A stretch of 64,000 bases of DNA from an uncultured delta proteobacterium (GCA_963737265.1 CAVTRY010000014.1:1-64000), one strand, 5' to 3'. Shown: positions 39,073 to 49,707, counted from the stretch's first letter. Made by a program: numbers and translations. Notes: generated from the letters alone by a model not told the origin.

Positions 39073-40329
39073 ATGAGCACGAGTAGTTCGCTGCGATGTT
39101 GGTTGGGGGCTTTTGTGCTGGTGGCGGCGTGCGGAAGTGGCACCACGGAAACGGCCGATGCGGCCGCGGGGGGTGCAAGAGGATCGGGTGGCGCGACGGC
39201 TTCGGGAGGTACTTCTGTCACCGGCGCGACGACCACATTGGGCGGTAGCGTGGCCACCGGCGGCGTTTCCGCAACAGGCGGCGCGAGCAGCGCGGGCGGT
39301 GCGATCGGCACAGGCGGCGGCACGGCCGCGCAAGACGCGCGCTCCGCGAGCGACGGCTCTAGCGACGCCGCGGGCGCGTGCGCCTACGGCCCACAGAACG
39401 AGGCGCTTGACCTCAGCTGCACTGGCCTCTACTCCGACTGGGCCACCAAGACCGTGCCGGCCGATGTGCACGCGTACGACCCGGGTTTGCACCTTTGGAG
39501 CGACGGCGCCGACAAGCAGCGCTGGATCCGTCTACCGCCCGGCACGCAAATAGACACTTCGAACATGGATGAGTGGAGCTTCCCAACGGGCACGAAGGTC
39601 TGGAAAGAGTTTTCCCTCGCGGGCAAGCGCGTCGAGACACGCTTGCTTTGGAAGGCGACCGACGCGGCCTGGTACCTGACGACGTATCGGTGGTCGGCTG
39701 ACGAGTCGACCGCCCCGGAGCTCACCACGGGCGCGCTGAACGTGGACGGCCATGGCTTCGAGATCCCGACGCAGGAGGCCTGTTCCACTTGCCACAACGG
39801 CCGGCAGGACGAGGTGCTTGGCTTCGAGGCGGTGGCGCTGTCGTCGCCCCTAGCGACGGGCTTCGCGATGAGCGCTCTCGTGTCGGGACACTGGCTGACC
39901 GCACCACCCTCGGCGCCGCTCGTCATTCCGGGCTCCGCGACCACGGCGACCGCGCTCGGCTACCTGCACATCAACTGTGGCACCTCCTGCCACAATAGGG
40001 GAACCGGCATCGCCTCCAAGACCGGATTTTTCACCCGGCTCGAAGTGTCACAACTCGCCCGCGGCGACGTACACGCCACCGACACTTGGCTGACGGGAGT
40101 GAAGGTTGTTGGAAACTACCCCATTCCTGTTGCTGGAGATGCTGGAGATCCGACTTTGTATCGACTCGACCCGAACGATGCGGCAGCCAGCTCAGTGTAC
40201 TACCGGATGGACCACCGAGATGCGGACGATGCCCTCGTCAGCGTGCAAATGCCCCCGCTCGCCACCCATTCTGTCGACGCCACCGGCGTCGCGGCCATTG
40301 CCGCCTGGATCAACGCCGGTTGCGAGTAA
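39073..40329 (+). CDS. Di-heme c-type cytochrome lipoprotein (SO2930-like)
   Basis: AAC lipobox; LWSDGADKQRWI, KEF..VETRL; CSTCH and HINCGTSCH; QMPP. Confidence 0.75.
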   Translation: MSTSSSLRCWLGAFVLVAACGSGTTETADAAAGGARGSGGATASGGTSVTGATTTLGGSVATGGVSATGGASSAGGAIGTGGGTAAQDARSASDGSSDAAGACAYGPQNEALDLSCTGLYSDWATKTVPADVHAYDPGLHLWSDGADKQRWIRLPPGTQIDTSNMDEWSFPTGTKVWKEFSLAGKRVETRLLWKATDAAWYLTTYRWSADESTAPELTTGALNVDGHGFEIPTQEACSTCHNGRQDEVLGFEAVALSSPLATGFAMSALVSGHWLTAPPSAPLVIPGSATTATALGYLHINCGTSCHNRGTGIASKTGFFTRLEVSQLARGDVHATDTWLTGVKVVGNYPIPVAGDAGDPTLYRLDPNDAAASSVYYRMDHRDADDALVSVQMPPLATHSVDATGVAAIAAWINAGCE

Positions 40330-40359
40330 CCCCTTCGAGTAACCTCTTCGAGGAGTGTC

Positions 40360-41829
40360 ATGAGTCGACAGCTATCCTCATCCCCCGTCCTCCACTGCGT
40401 GGTGGTTTTGCTGGTCGCGTGGGCCACGGCCGTCAGCGCGTGCCGCTCGGGCGGGAGCGGCTTGGGCAGCGGCGGCAGCAGCTCGGGCGGCAGTGTCTCG
40501 GATGGCACCGCATCGGGCGGCAGTGTTTCGGGCGGCACCGCATCGGGCGGCAGTGTCTCGGGCGGCGCCACGGGAAGGGGGGGATCGAGCGGATCTGCGG
40601 GAGCAACGGGCGCCGGGGGCTCGAACGTCACGGGGGGGACTGTCGGCTTTGGCGACGCGGGCGCGGCGTGCCGCGGGACCACGGCGACCACCGCGGCGGC
40701 GGCGACCGGGCTGCCAGCCGTACCGTCGGCGCTCACCGTTCCCACCGGATTCAAGATCGAGGTCATAGCGTCGATCGGCCAAGCGCGTGAGCTCGCCGCG
40801 CTCCCCAACGGCGACCTGCTCGTTGCCACCAGCGGCACCAACGTCTTTCTCGTCCCGAACGCCGAGGGTACGGGCGCGCCGGGCGATCCGCTCAAGTTCA
40901 CGACGATCGGCGACGCACCGGTGCAAGGAGTGGCGTTCTCGGCGTCGACCTGCCAAGTGTTCGTGGCCTCGCGCGGCGGCATCTACGCGATGGCCTACGC
41001 CGACGGGCAGACGAGCGCTGCCGCGGGCAACGCCATCGCGAAGGTTCGGACGGGGCCGGTCTCCTCGCACCGTCCGGCGGGCGACACCGACGAGCACAAC
41101 TCGACCTCCGTGGCCGTTGCCGGCGGGAAGGTGTACGCCGGGGTCGGATCCTCGTGCAACGCATGTGTCGAAGACGACCCGACCCGCGCCACGGTCCAGG
41201 TCATGAACCTCGACGGATCGAACATGACCACGCGCGCGACGAGGTTCCGCAACGCCATCGCTTTGGCCACGAACCCCGCCACCCAGACGCTATGGGCTGG
41301 CGGCGCCGGGCAGGACAATTTGACCTACGGCCACCCCTACGAGTTCTTCGACGCCGTCACGCTCCACCCCGGCAGGGCCGACTACGGCTGGCCCGACTGC
41401 GAAGAGAACCACACCGCTTACACCAATGGCGCGAGCTGCGCAAACACGGTCGCGCCGCTCGTCGAGCTCCCCGCGTACGACACCATCATCGGGGCGGCGT
41501 TTTATCCCTCATCCACTGGCGGCGGCGCGCACAGCTTCCCGTCGGCCTACTACGGCGGGGTCTTCCTCGCAGCGCACGGCTCGTGGCACAACCAGAACGG
41601 CTACATCCCGCCGCGGATCGCCTTCGTGCCGATGAATGGCGACGCGCCCGCGACCGCCGTGGACTGGTCCAGCCCCACGAAGCAATGGACGGAGTTCCTC
41701 GCGGGATGCCAGGTCGGCACGACAAATACGCGCGCGGCCCGCCCCACCGGCCTCGCGGTGGGCTCGCAGGGAAGCCTCTTCATTGCCGACGACAGCAGCA
41801 ATCTCGTCTATCGCGTTCGCCCGAACTGA
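40360..41829 (+). CDS. PQQ-dependent sugar (glucose/sorbosone) dehydrogenase family lipoprotein
   Basis: VPTGFKIE, GSSCNAC, FRNA, DYGWPDC, HGSW, RPTGLAV. Confidence 0.85.
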   Translation: MSRQLSSSPVLHCVVVLLVAWATAVSACRSGGSGLGSGGSSSGGSVSDGTASGGSVSGGTASGGSVSGGATGRGGSSGSAGATGAGGSNVTGGTVGFGDAGAACRGTTATTAAAATGLPAVPSALTVPTGFKIEVIASIGQARELAALPNGDLLVATSGTNVFLVPNAEGTGAPGDPLKFTTIGDAPVQGVAFSASTCQVFVASRGGIYAMAYADGQTSAAAGNAIAKVRTGPVSSHRPAGDTDEHNSTSVAVAGGKVYAGVGSSCNACVEDDPTRATVQVMNLDGSNMTTRATRFRNAIALATNPATQTLWAGGAGQDNLTYGHPYEFFDAVTLHPGRADYGWPDCEENHTAYTNGASCANTVAPLVELPAYDTIIGAAFYPSSTGGGAHSFPSAYYGGVFLAAHGSWHNQNGYIPPRIAFVPMNGDAPATAVDWSSPTKQWTEFLAGCQVGTTNTRAARPTGLAVGSQGSLFIADDSSNLVYRVRPN

Positions 41830-41860
41830 CGACGACGGCGACGCTCTCCGTCCCATCAAA

Positions 41861-42613
41861 CTACTCGCCGGATTCGAGGGCGTAGCGGATCTTGAAGCCG
41901 CGCACGCGTACCGGGACGGGCTTGCCGTCGCGCTCGCCGGGCGTGAACGTGCACGCCTTCATCGCGCGCTTGGCCGCATCGGTGAGGCCGAGTCCAAGGC
42001 CTTGGACAACGACGATGTCGCGGACGCGGCCGTCTTCGCCGACCACGAGGTCGAGCACGACCGTGCCTTCGAGCCCGGCCTGGCGGGCTTCGTCGGTGTA
42101 CTTGCCGGAACAGCGTCCCTTGGGCAGAGGCATCTTGGTGACCTCGTAGGCTTGGACAGGCTCACGCAAGGCTTTGCCGGCGGCCTCCGCGTCGCCCTTG
42201 CCGCCGGGCGCCGCGCGCAGGGTGTTGCCAACGCGCACGGCTGGTCCTGCGCCGGCGCTGGAGGTCGACTCCATCGAAATGCCGAAAACGGGTGTGTCGG
42301 TGCTGTCGGCGCTCGTGGCCGGGCGCTCGGTGGGAGGCGTGTCGCGCGCTATGTTATCCTGCCTCTTGGCGTCCGCGGGAGCTCGGCGTGTTGGTCGCGG
42401 GGCATCGTGGATCGGTTTCTTGCTTGCCTCTGCCTCAGCCGGCAACGGTTGCTCGGGCTCGGGCGCCGGGACCGGCGCGCGCAGCTCGACCCGCAACACC
42501 ACTGGCTGCGCCGCCTGCGCCTCGGGCGGCAAGTGTGCGCTGCCCCTGGCGAGCAGCAGGTGGCCGGCGACGGAAATCGCCGCGCAGGTTGCCATGCGGC
42601 CAGCGTACGTCAT
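41861..42613 (-). CDS. tonB: TonB family protein
   Basis: N-terminal TM with SxxxH, Pro linker, C-domain YTDEARQAGLEGTV...FTPG..DGKPV. Confidence 0.88.
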   Translation of the reverse strand: MTYAGRMATCAAISVAGHLLLARGSAHLPPEAQAAQPVVLRVELRAPVPAPEPEQPLPAEAEASKKPIHDAPRPTRRAPADAKRQDNIARDTPPTERPATSADSTDTPVFGISMESTSSAGAGPAVRVGNTLRAAPGGKGDAEAAGKALREPVQAYEVTKMPLPKGRCSGKYTDEARQAGLEGTVVLDLVVGEDGRVRDIVVVQGLGLGLTDAAKRAMKACTFTPGERDGKPVPVRVRGFKIRYALESGE

Positions 42614-43038
42614 TCCATTTGCACCGGCGCGATGAGGGCCGTGGGATCGATTTGAATGGCGAACGACGTGACCCCGAGCGACTTGACCATGTCGAGCACC
42701 CACACCACGCGGCCGTGGGAAACATTCTTGTCACCGGCGACGATGACCTGGGTCTTGGCATCCTTGGCCATGGCGGCGGCGACCGCACTGTGCAGGTCGG
42801 CCGGCGAGGTTTCGCTACCGTTGAGGTACATGCGCCCCTCGCGGGTCAAGGTCACGGCCAGGGTCGTGGGCGTGATTGCGGTTGCCTGTGCGGCCTTGGG
42901 CAATTGCACCTCGATAGCCTGACGGGCCATGACGTGGGCGGTCAACATGAAGATAATGAGCAACACCATCATGATGTCGACCAGGGGCGTGACGTTGATG
43001 TCCGTGATCAAGCCACGCCGTCGCGTGCCTGCCGCCAT
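42610..43038 (-). CDS. exbD: Biopolymer transporter ExbD
   Basis: DINVTPLVDIMMVLLIIFM; AGDKNVSHGRV. Confidence 0.93.
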   Translation of the reverse strand: MAAGTRRRGLITDINVTPLVDIMMVLLIIFMLTAHVMARQAIEVQLPKAAQATAITPTTLAVTLTREGRMYLNGSETSPADLHSAVAAAMAKDAKTQVIVAGDKNVSHGRVVWVLDMVKSLGVTSFAIQIDPTALIAPVQME

Positions 43039-43718
43039 CAGGCTTTCTCCTTCTTGACGAAGGCCAGAATCTGGTGCCCCACGTTTTCGGCGGACGACAC
43101 CGCCGTCTCCACGTGGCGCATGAGCACGTTGTAGGTCGCCACCGCGGGCAGGGCGACCAACAGGCCGATGGCGGTGGCCACCAAGGCTTCGGCGATACCG
43201 GCCATGACGGCCTGGGTGCCAAGCCCGCCCTGAGCCCCGAGCCCGCTGCTGCTGGCCAAGTCGTGAAACGCGCGCACGATGCCGAGCACGGTGCCGAAGA
43301 GACCGATGAAGGGCGCATTGCTGCCGAGGGTTCCGAGAAATGCCAGGCCGCGCTCGTGCCGTATGCGCTCTTCCTCGATGGCGGCGGCGACATGTTCTTC
43401 GATGGACGCCGAACCGTCGGCGAGATGATCGAGGCAAACGCGCGCCACCGTGGCCTGCATCGAGCGCGTGTCGCCGAGCACCGCTTTTGCCGCCTCGGCG
43501 CCCGACTTGCGCAGGGCCGCCAGCATGTCGGCGATTTGCTGGCGCGGACGCCGTTCGCGCGCGAAGAACCACAGACGTTCCAGCACCACGGCCGCGGCTG
43601 CGATCGACAAGAAGATAAGCAGCCACAGGACCCAGCGCGATCCCGCGCGCAACATGAGATCAAGGGCTTGGGCATCGATGGAGAGGGGTTGGGAGGCGTG
43701 TTGGTTGTTCATGTTCAC
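43038..43718 (-). CDS. exbB: MotA/TolQ/ExbB proton channel
   Basis: LGTLGSNAPFIGLFGTVLGI; GIAEALVATAIGLLVALPA. Confidence 0.93.
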   Translation of the reverse strand: MNMNNQHASQPLSIDAQALDLMLRAGSRWVLWLLIFLSIAAAAVVLERLWFFARERRPRQQIADMLAALRKSGAEAAKAVLGDTRSMQATVARVCLDHLADGSASIEEHVAAAIEEERIRHERGLAFLGTLGSNAPFIGLFGTVLGIVRAFHDLASSSGLGAQGGLGTQAVMAGIAEALVATAIGLLVALPAVATYNVLMRHVETAVSSAENVGHQILAFVKKEKA

Positions 43719-43721
43719 TTC

Positions 43722-46334
43722 CTAAAAACGAGCGCGCAGACCCGCGGTGGGCAGGACGTAGCGAATGTAGACACCAGGCGTGATTTCCTCGGGCAGCAGG
43801 GCTGCGTTGGTGAGGTCGACGTAGAAATCGAGCAGCCAGCCGCGGTAAACCGCGCGCTTGTCCACCCGCAGATCCACGCGGTAGTAGCCGTTCGCTCTCC
43901 CCGTGTTGTAGCCGTAGGTTGTCGTCTCTGGTCTTCCACTTTGATATTGGAAGCGGAAACCGAGGTCCCAGTTACGCGGAAGTAACTGGCCGGCGACCAG
44001 GCTGACGAGCTGGGTGCGATCGAAATCGTAGGGCACCCACGAGCCACTCTTGACGCGCTCGGAGCGCGAGAGCGTGTAGGACAACCAGCCGTAAAGGCCC
44101 GACTTGGATTGTCGGCGGATGAACGTCTCGAGGCCGTAAGCGCGGCCCGTGGTGGGCGAGACCAAACGATTGAGAATCTGCTGTGCGGTGCTCAGAGTCG
44201 GAACGGTGGTGGTTGGCACGAGGGTGGTATTTCCCGGCGTGGTCAGATCCTGCGAATTGACCGTGAGATCGAAAATCGTTGGATCCATATAGGCGAAGTA
44301 GCCTTCCATGCTGATGCTGAAGCGGTTGGCTAGCGGCGCCTCGACGCCCAGGCTGGTCTGCACGGATTGCGAAAGTCCATACTTGAGCGGCATGAGATCG
44401 AACCCGGGCACGGGCAGCACGAAGCGCGGGGGTTGGTGGTAGATGCCCACGGCGGCCTTGAGCCAGATGGCGCTGTCGTCGCTGTCGGGGCGGACATCGG
44501 GCAAGTCGCGGGTGGCGAGCTTGTAGCGCAAGGTCAGCCGGGGATCGATGGAACGCTTGGTGGTGTCGAGATCGTTGTAGATGTCGGCGCGAACGCCCGG
44601 CCGGATGAGCCAGCGCGATGTCGGCCGCCACAAGGCTTCGAGGAGGGCGCCCCCCGAATAGAAGTCGCGTAGATCTTGCGTGAACGTGCTCAAACTGAAG
44701 GCAGGGGATGCCACGGTCGAGGGCGTTCCCTGGACGAAATGGCGGAGACTGCCTTCGAGCCCCCACACCAAGGTCAATTGCTCGAACGGGTGAAAGTGCC
44801 AGCGCATCGACGGCTCCATGAGCCAGGTCGCGACGTTGGAGCCCGAGCTATCGGTGGCGTCGTATCCCAAGACCAGGCGATAGAGGCCATCGAACGTACC
44901 GTTGCCGTGGTAGGCGCGCAGATCCGCGCGGTGAAAATCCATGATGAGCGCGGGGGCGAGCGGAGGATTCGCGGCTCCTGGTGGGGCGTTGGGCGCAGGC
45001 GTGTCGAGCTCGTCCTTCGAGCCGAAGAAGAACACCGTCCAGCCGTTGCGAGGATTGCCGCCATCGAGGCGAAACTGGTAGTCCCAATAGGAAAGCGAGA
45101 GCTGATTGGTGGCCAGGCTCAGAATCAAACCTGGAAATCCGACGCGCGCGGAAGCTGTCGCGGTCACGCCGAGCGATGGAATGGGCTCGCGGATGAGCCC
45201 GCCGAGTTGAAAGAGGTTGGCGTCGAGGTCGATGAGGTGCTCGTCGCTGCGCGCGCGGTGCGTGCGTCCGTCGATGACGCCACCGGTGTAGCCGCCGTAC
45301 TCCACCGGCGCGCCGCCCGGATAGAACTGCACCTCGTCGATCATTTCTGGGTGCACGACGCTGTTGCCCACGAGCAAATGGTACAAATACGGGATGTGCG
45401 AACCGTCGAGCAGGAAGCCGGTCGAGCTGGGACTGGCACCGCGGACCACGGGAAACGGCAACAGCGACATCAGCGAGGCCGTGCCTGGCAGAGTCTGAAT
45501 CACGCGAAATGGATCGCCGAAGGTTCCCGGCACTTGTTTGATTTCGGGGCCGCGCAGGGTGATGCGCGAAACCTCTTCGCGGCGCTGCTCGCCGACCACG
45601 ACGATTTCGTAGGGATCGTAGCGATCGCGTTCGAGGTAGTAGGTGACGGCCAGCTCCTGGCGCGCTTCGATCGTTTCTTGCTGAAGAAAGGCGTTGTAAT
45701 TGGGGGCGTGGACCGTGACACGCGCGCTCCCGGCCGGCAAGGGCAGGCGGAAGCGGCCTTTGCCGTCGGCGTCTGCGGAGTAGTGGCGGTCTGCCATCAA
45801 CGCGACCACGGTGGCTCCGGTCACGGGCAGGCGCGTGCCCATTTCCACCAGCCGGCCGCGCAAGGCCGACACGATGGGCGGACCGTGGTCGGCAGCCGGC
45901 GGTGGCGGCGGTGGCGGCGGCTCGAAGGTGTGCGTGAAGGCGATCTCGACCGGCACTGGCTTGCCGCCGAAACGCGCGGGCTTGAATTGAAAGGCCGTGG
46001 CTGCGGCGACCACGGCGTCGTCGAACACGGGCAGGGAATGGCTGAGCAAGTCGACCTTGTGGACCGCGCCGTCGATCCCCACGGCGATCTTGATGCGAAC
46101 CACGACGGGCTGCTCCTGCGGCGGAGCATTCTTGGGATAGGCCACGGTTGCTGGTTTCAGCGGCTGGGGCGGCTCCAATTCCGCCAGCGCATCCGGGGCG
46201 GGAGCGGCTTCGGCGTCCGGCCCACGCTCGGGTTCGGCGTCCATGGGCGCGCCCGCGTCCACGGATTGGGCGCGCACCCTTGCGACCGTCAGCACGGCCA
46301 AGAGCGCCGTCGTGGCGGACAGGACGGTCTTCAT
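43722..46334 (-). CDS. TonB-dependent receptor with N-terminal TonB-C and carboxypeptidase-regulatory-like domains
   Basis: Signal; FKPARFGGKPV; plug VPGTFGDPFRVIQTLPG, FYPGG; barrel WLSYTLSRS; ends RARF. Confidence 0.9.
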   Translation of the reverse strand: MKTVLSATTALLAVLTVARVRAQSVDAGAPMDAEPERGPDAEAAPAPDALAELEPPQPLKPATVAYPKNAPPQEQPVVVRIKIAVGIDGAVHKVDLLSHSLPVFDDAVVAAATAFQFKPARFGGKPVPVEIAFTHTFEPPPPPPPPAADHGPPIVSALRGRLVEMGTRLPVTGATVVALMADRHYSADADGKGRFRLPLPAGSARVTVHAPNYNAFLQQETIEARQELAVTYYLERDRYDPYEIVVVGEQRREEVSRITLRGPEIKQVPGTFGDPFRVIQTLPGTASLMSLLPFPVVRGASPSSTGFLLDGSHIPYLYHLLVGNSVVHPEMIDEVQFYPGGAPVEYGGYTGGVIDGRTHRARSDEHLIDLDANLFQLGGLIREPIPSLGVTATASARVGFPGLILSLATNQLSLSYWDYQFRLDGGNPRNGWTVFFFGSKDELDTPAPNAPPGAANPPLAPALIMDFHRADLRAYHGNGTFDGLYRLVLGYDATDSSGSNVATWLMEPSMRWHFHPFEQLTLVWGLEGSLRHFVQGTPSTVASPAFSLSTFTQDLRDFYSGGALLEALWRPTSRWLIRPGVRADIYNDLDTTKRSIDPRLTLRYKLATRDLPDVRPDSDDSAIWLKAAVGIYHQPPRFVLPVPGFDLMPLKYGLSQSVQTSLGVEAPLANRFSISMEGYFAYMDPTIFDLTVNSQDLTTPGNTTLVPTTTVPTLSTAQQILNRLVSPTTGRAYGLETFIRRQSKSGLYGWLSYTLSRSERVKSGSWVPYDFDRTQLVSLVAGQLLPRNWDLGFRFQYQSGRPETTTYGYNTGRANGYYRVDLRVDKRAVYRGWLLDFYVDLTNAALLPEEITPGVYIRYVLPTAGLRARF

Positions 46335-47107
46335 CGCCACGTGATCACCCAAGCCAAGGAAGCGCCCACATGCGGCCACCATTGCCGGCGCACGATGGGC
46401 GAGGCGGTATCGGGGTCGACTTGGCCGGTATCGTCCACGCACCCTGTCCATTGTCCGTCGGTTTCGAGCGCCAGCGCCATCGACGCTCGTGGACCCAGAA
46501 TCCAGGACCACTCGCCGCGCAGAAGGCCCGTCACGCCGCCGCCGCTGCAACTAGGCAAGGGCGTGTGCGCGTTGGGAAAGGTGTACGACGAATTGAGCGT
46601 GCTGCCGAGCGGGCTCGGATCGGGCTTGTTCGATCCGTTCTCGAGGAGGCCGCCAAAACCGAGACCAACCGAAAGGCTAAGATGGTCGGTGGCGTGCCAG
46701 GTGGGTTCGATGGTGCCGGCGAAGCGCAGTCCGCGCATGACGTTGGACGAGGTCGCGTAGAGATATTGCAACGAGCCCATGAGCGACCACTGCTCGTCGA
46801 GGCGCAATCCCATGCGCACGGTGGGGCCGATCAAGGTGCCGTCGGGCGGTCCGCCGATGCCGAAGAAACGGCCGTAGACCAAGCCCAGGCCGAAGCGAAA
46901 CCCTGGCTTGCGCCACAAGGCGCGGTCGCTTTCGGTGGGAAGGGAAAAACGTGGGGGTGGATCCTCGTCGAGGATGATGGGCGGCGCTGCCATCAAGTCC
47001 GGCACCGCGGTTGCCTTGTCGGAGGTGTCGGAAGCCGCGCTCGCTGTTGCGACGGGTACCAACGCAAGCGCCATGGCTCCAATCAGCAAACAATGAATTG
47101 GCTTCAT
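46331..47107 (-). CDS. Putative outer-membrane beta-barrel protein
   Basis: Signal peptide, alternating strands, aromatic C-terminus; coupled to the receptor gene. Confidence 0.55.
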   Translation of the reverse strand: MKPIHCLLIGAMALALVPVATASAASDTSDKATAVPDLMAAPPIILDEDPPPRFSLPTESDRALWRKPGFRFGLGLVYGRFFGIGGPPDGTLIGPTVRMGLRLDEQWSLMGSLQYLYATSSNVMRGLRFAGTIEPTWHATDHLSLSVGLGFGGLLENGSNKPDPSPLGSTLNSSYTFPNAHTPLPSCSGGGVTGLLRGEWSWILGPRASMALALETDGQWTGCVDDTGQVDPDTASPIVRRQWWPHVGASLAWVITWR

Positions 47108-48240
47108 TATTGGCACGGCCACCAGGCGGGCGGGCTTGCGGTGATGTCCCAATTGGGAGCCGCACACGCAGGATCGTTGTTGCAGCCGCGAAGCGTGTAA
47201 TGGGTCAGGTATTGACAGTCTTCGGTGGGCGCACTGGCGATCACGAGTTGCTGTCCGGGGGGCACGCCGCCGTCGTCGGTGGACAGATGCGGGAAACCGG
47301 TACAAGCCGCGACATGGGCGGAGCCGGCGGGGTTCGGCTGTCCTGCGATATAGAAATCAAGGGCCTTGGCCGGCGCTTCGACATAGAAGGAAGTGCCGCC
47401 GCCGCTATCGTTGGCCACGCAAGACAGCGCCTGAAGCTCGGTCGAGGGCGCTTGTAGCGTGAGAACGACAGTTTGATCCAAGCCGGCCGTGGCGCAGGTT
47501 GAAGGGTCGGCTTCCTCGGGAATGCCGCCATCGAACGCCACCGCCAAGGCACTCTGGGGCGAGAATCCGCCTGCCGACAGCAGGGAAAACTCTACCGGTG
47601 GGTCCGGGCAACCGCTGCGCGGATAGAACGCAACGGTGGAATTGAACGTACCCTCGAGGAACGCGACCCTTTGGTCGGGCAGGGTCATGGAAATGAAGCT
47701 GGCCCCCCAAACGACATCGGGTGGTCCGGCTGCCCCGCCGTCGTCTTGTGGAGGAGGCCCGCCCCGCCGCCGGTTGTGGGGCGGATGGCGTAAGTCGAAG
47801 GTTCCGTTGCTATTGCTGTCGTCGTACACGACGAGGCTGCCGTAGGCCACGCGCGAGGTAATGTCCCCCACCATGACATCCGCGCCGGGTAGATCGACGA
47901 GCGTGAGGGACGCCAGCGAGCCAGGCTGAATCGGCACGTCCGCGGCGTCGCGGGCGGGTACGAAGCGGAAGTTGTCGGGGCAGCCTGCGGTGGCGACCGC
48001 AGCCGCGGCCGGTGATGCCGGCGATTCTGCCTCGACGACGCAGAACGGTTCGGGCTGCCACTGCATGCCCCAAACCAGGGCAATTCGCGGCGAAGCCATC
48101 TGAGAGAAATCGCCATTCACCTGAACCTTGACGCTGACGAGCGGGGTGACCGCACCGCCTAGTCCCACCAGCTTGTGGCAGCCAATCAGGGAAATTCCCA
48201 GCACGGCCACGAAGCGAAAACGCGCCTTCAGTGTTGCCAC
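47107..48240 (-). CDS. Cys-containing lipoprotein
   Basis: GTG 48240; LIGC lipobox; YDDSNSNG Ca-like motif; ends PPAWWPCQ. Confidence 0.65.
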   Translation of the reverse strand: MATLKARFRFVAVLGISLIGCHKLVGLGGAVTPLVSVKVQVNGDFSQMASPRIALVWGMQWQPEPFCVVEAESPASPAAAAVATAGCPDNFRFVPARDAADVPIQPGSLASLTLVDLPGADVMVGDITSRVAYGSLVVYDDSNSNGTFDLRHPPHNRRRGGPPPQDDGGAAGPPDVVWGASFISMTLPDQRVAFLEGTFNSTVAFYPRSGCPDPPVEFSLLSAGGFSPQSALAVAFDGGIPEEADPSTCATAGLDQTVVLTLQAPSTELQALSCVANDSGGGTSFYVEAPAKALDFYIAGQPNPAGSAHVAACTGFPHLSTDDGGVPPGQQLVIASAPTEDCQYLTHYTLRGCNNDPACAAPNWDITASPPAWWPCQ

Positions 48241-48867
48241 GTGACCCCCAATGCGCTGGTCCAGCCCCAACGCGCGCCGCTGTTGACGATGTGGATCGTG
48301 GGACCGCCGCTTATGCTCATGCCCCAAGATTCCCACACGCGAAGAAACACGACACCCTCGGCATCGGCGGCGGGCAACATCGACCAGGTCGTTGTGTTCG
48401 AGCGCGCTGCCCGAAAGGCCTGCTCGGTTGCCCTGGGCGCGCGTTCGATCCTCGTAGACCAGCGTTCCACCCGCGCTCAAGCGCAGGGCAAAGACCCCGC
48501 GCCCGATGGGACGCTGGACAAGACCACACAGGCGCAGGCGAATGTCGTCATTGCGCACGGCCTCAATCAGCGTGTATTCGGTGGCGGTGGACCAGGACGC
48601 GCTCGCGCCGTAGGCAAACGTGCCGCTCTCGGTGGCGAGCCGGCTGTAGTTTGCGCCGACGCCGGTAGATAGCCCGGTGGCAAGCGCGGCCGGCAACGCC
48701 AGCACCAGATGTGCATCGAGCGCGCCCTTGGCAGGCGAAGATGCGCCGGAGAGAGCTTGCGCGCCCAAGCGCGCCGGATAGGCCAGGAAAAGAACCGCCG
48801 CGAACGCGAGTGACCAGAGACATCGTCGCGGCGGAATGTCTGTGTCTGGTCGAGGTGCTGGCCACAT
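48228..48867 (-). CDS. Putative small outer-membrane beta-barrel protein (frameshift ~48397)
   Basis: Signal peptide and beta strands; continues in frame 48228..48470 ending ALGVTWQH. Confidence 0.55.
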
Positions 48868-49151
48868 GAAGGTAGTAACCCTAGCATTGCATTTCCAGGC
48901 GCGGCCATGGCCGATTTCTCCCCGTAATCCCGCGATAGGCGCAGAAGGCCGTGGCCGGAGTGATCTTCGCCGGCCACTGCCAGGGCCACGACCACGACCG
49001 CGACGGCGACGACGTTTACGACCACCATTCATCGCTCCAACTGGGTGGCGCGCTTTATGGCCTGTGCGCCTGCCTTGCCCAACCGGTTTGCGTCGCGTAG
49101 TCTGCAACGGGTTCGTTGAACAATCCCCCCGATCCACGCAGAGGTAGCCCG

Positions 49152-49628
49152 ATGAACAAGCTCGAGTTTAGCAACGTCCTGGCAACGATTCCCTATGGCG
49201 TCTCCGTTGTGACCACGGGCCGGGGTGGGGTCGAGAACGGGCTGACCGTGTCGTGGATGAGTCAAGTCTCGTTCGATCCGCCGATGATCATGGTTGCGCT
49301 GGACAAGCTGCACTACAGTCTGGACCTGCTCCGCAGCACCAAGAACTTTTGCGTGAACCTGCTCGGCGAGGGACAGCAGGCGCTCGCCGGCCGCTTCGCC
49401 AAGCAGGCAATCGTCGGCGAAGACAAGCTGTCCCAGGTGGCGCAGCGGCCCGCCAACAGCGGCGCCGCCATTCTCACCGATTCCGTCGCCTACTTCGACT
49501 GCGAGATCAGCGATATCGTGGAAACCGGGGATCATCTGCTGGTGATCGGCCGAATCGAGGATGCCGCGGTGCTGACCGGCGGCGCTCCTTTGCGATCTGA
49601 GTCCGGCCTTCGCTACCGGAAGGCGTAG
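49152..49628 (+). CDS. Flavin reductase family protein
   Basis: GVSVVTT, QVSFDPP, FCVNLL, GDHLLVIG. Confidence 0.92.
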   Translation: MNKLEFSNVLATIPYGVSVVTTGRGGVENGLTVSWMSQVSFDPPMIMVALDKLHYSLDLLRSTKNFCVNLLGEGQQALAGRFAKQAIVGEDKLSQVAQRPANSGAAILTDSVAYFDCEISDIVETGDHLLVIGRIEDAAVLTGGAPLRSESGLRYRKA

Positions 49629-49707
49629 GACGCAACCCTACGGAACGACAGCTCGTTTGGCGTTGTGCCGGCAGGGCTATCCGACCGCCCTATCCGATCG
49701 CCCTATC

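Noticed and set aside
44676-46760. Long antisense ORFs (e.g. 694 aa here, and 3043-4236, 50588-51910)
   Set aside because: Shadow ORFs caused by high-GC codon bias opposite well-supported genes.
48870-49150. Possible cobalamin riboswitch upstream of the TonB operon; ACGACC hexamer run
   Set aside because: No B12-box on the correct strand; the hexamer run is short and degenerate.
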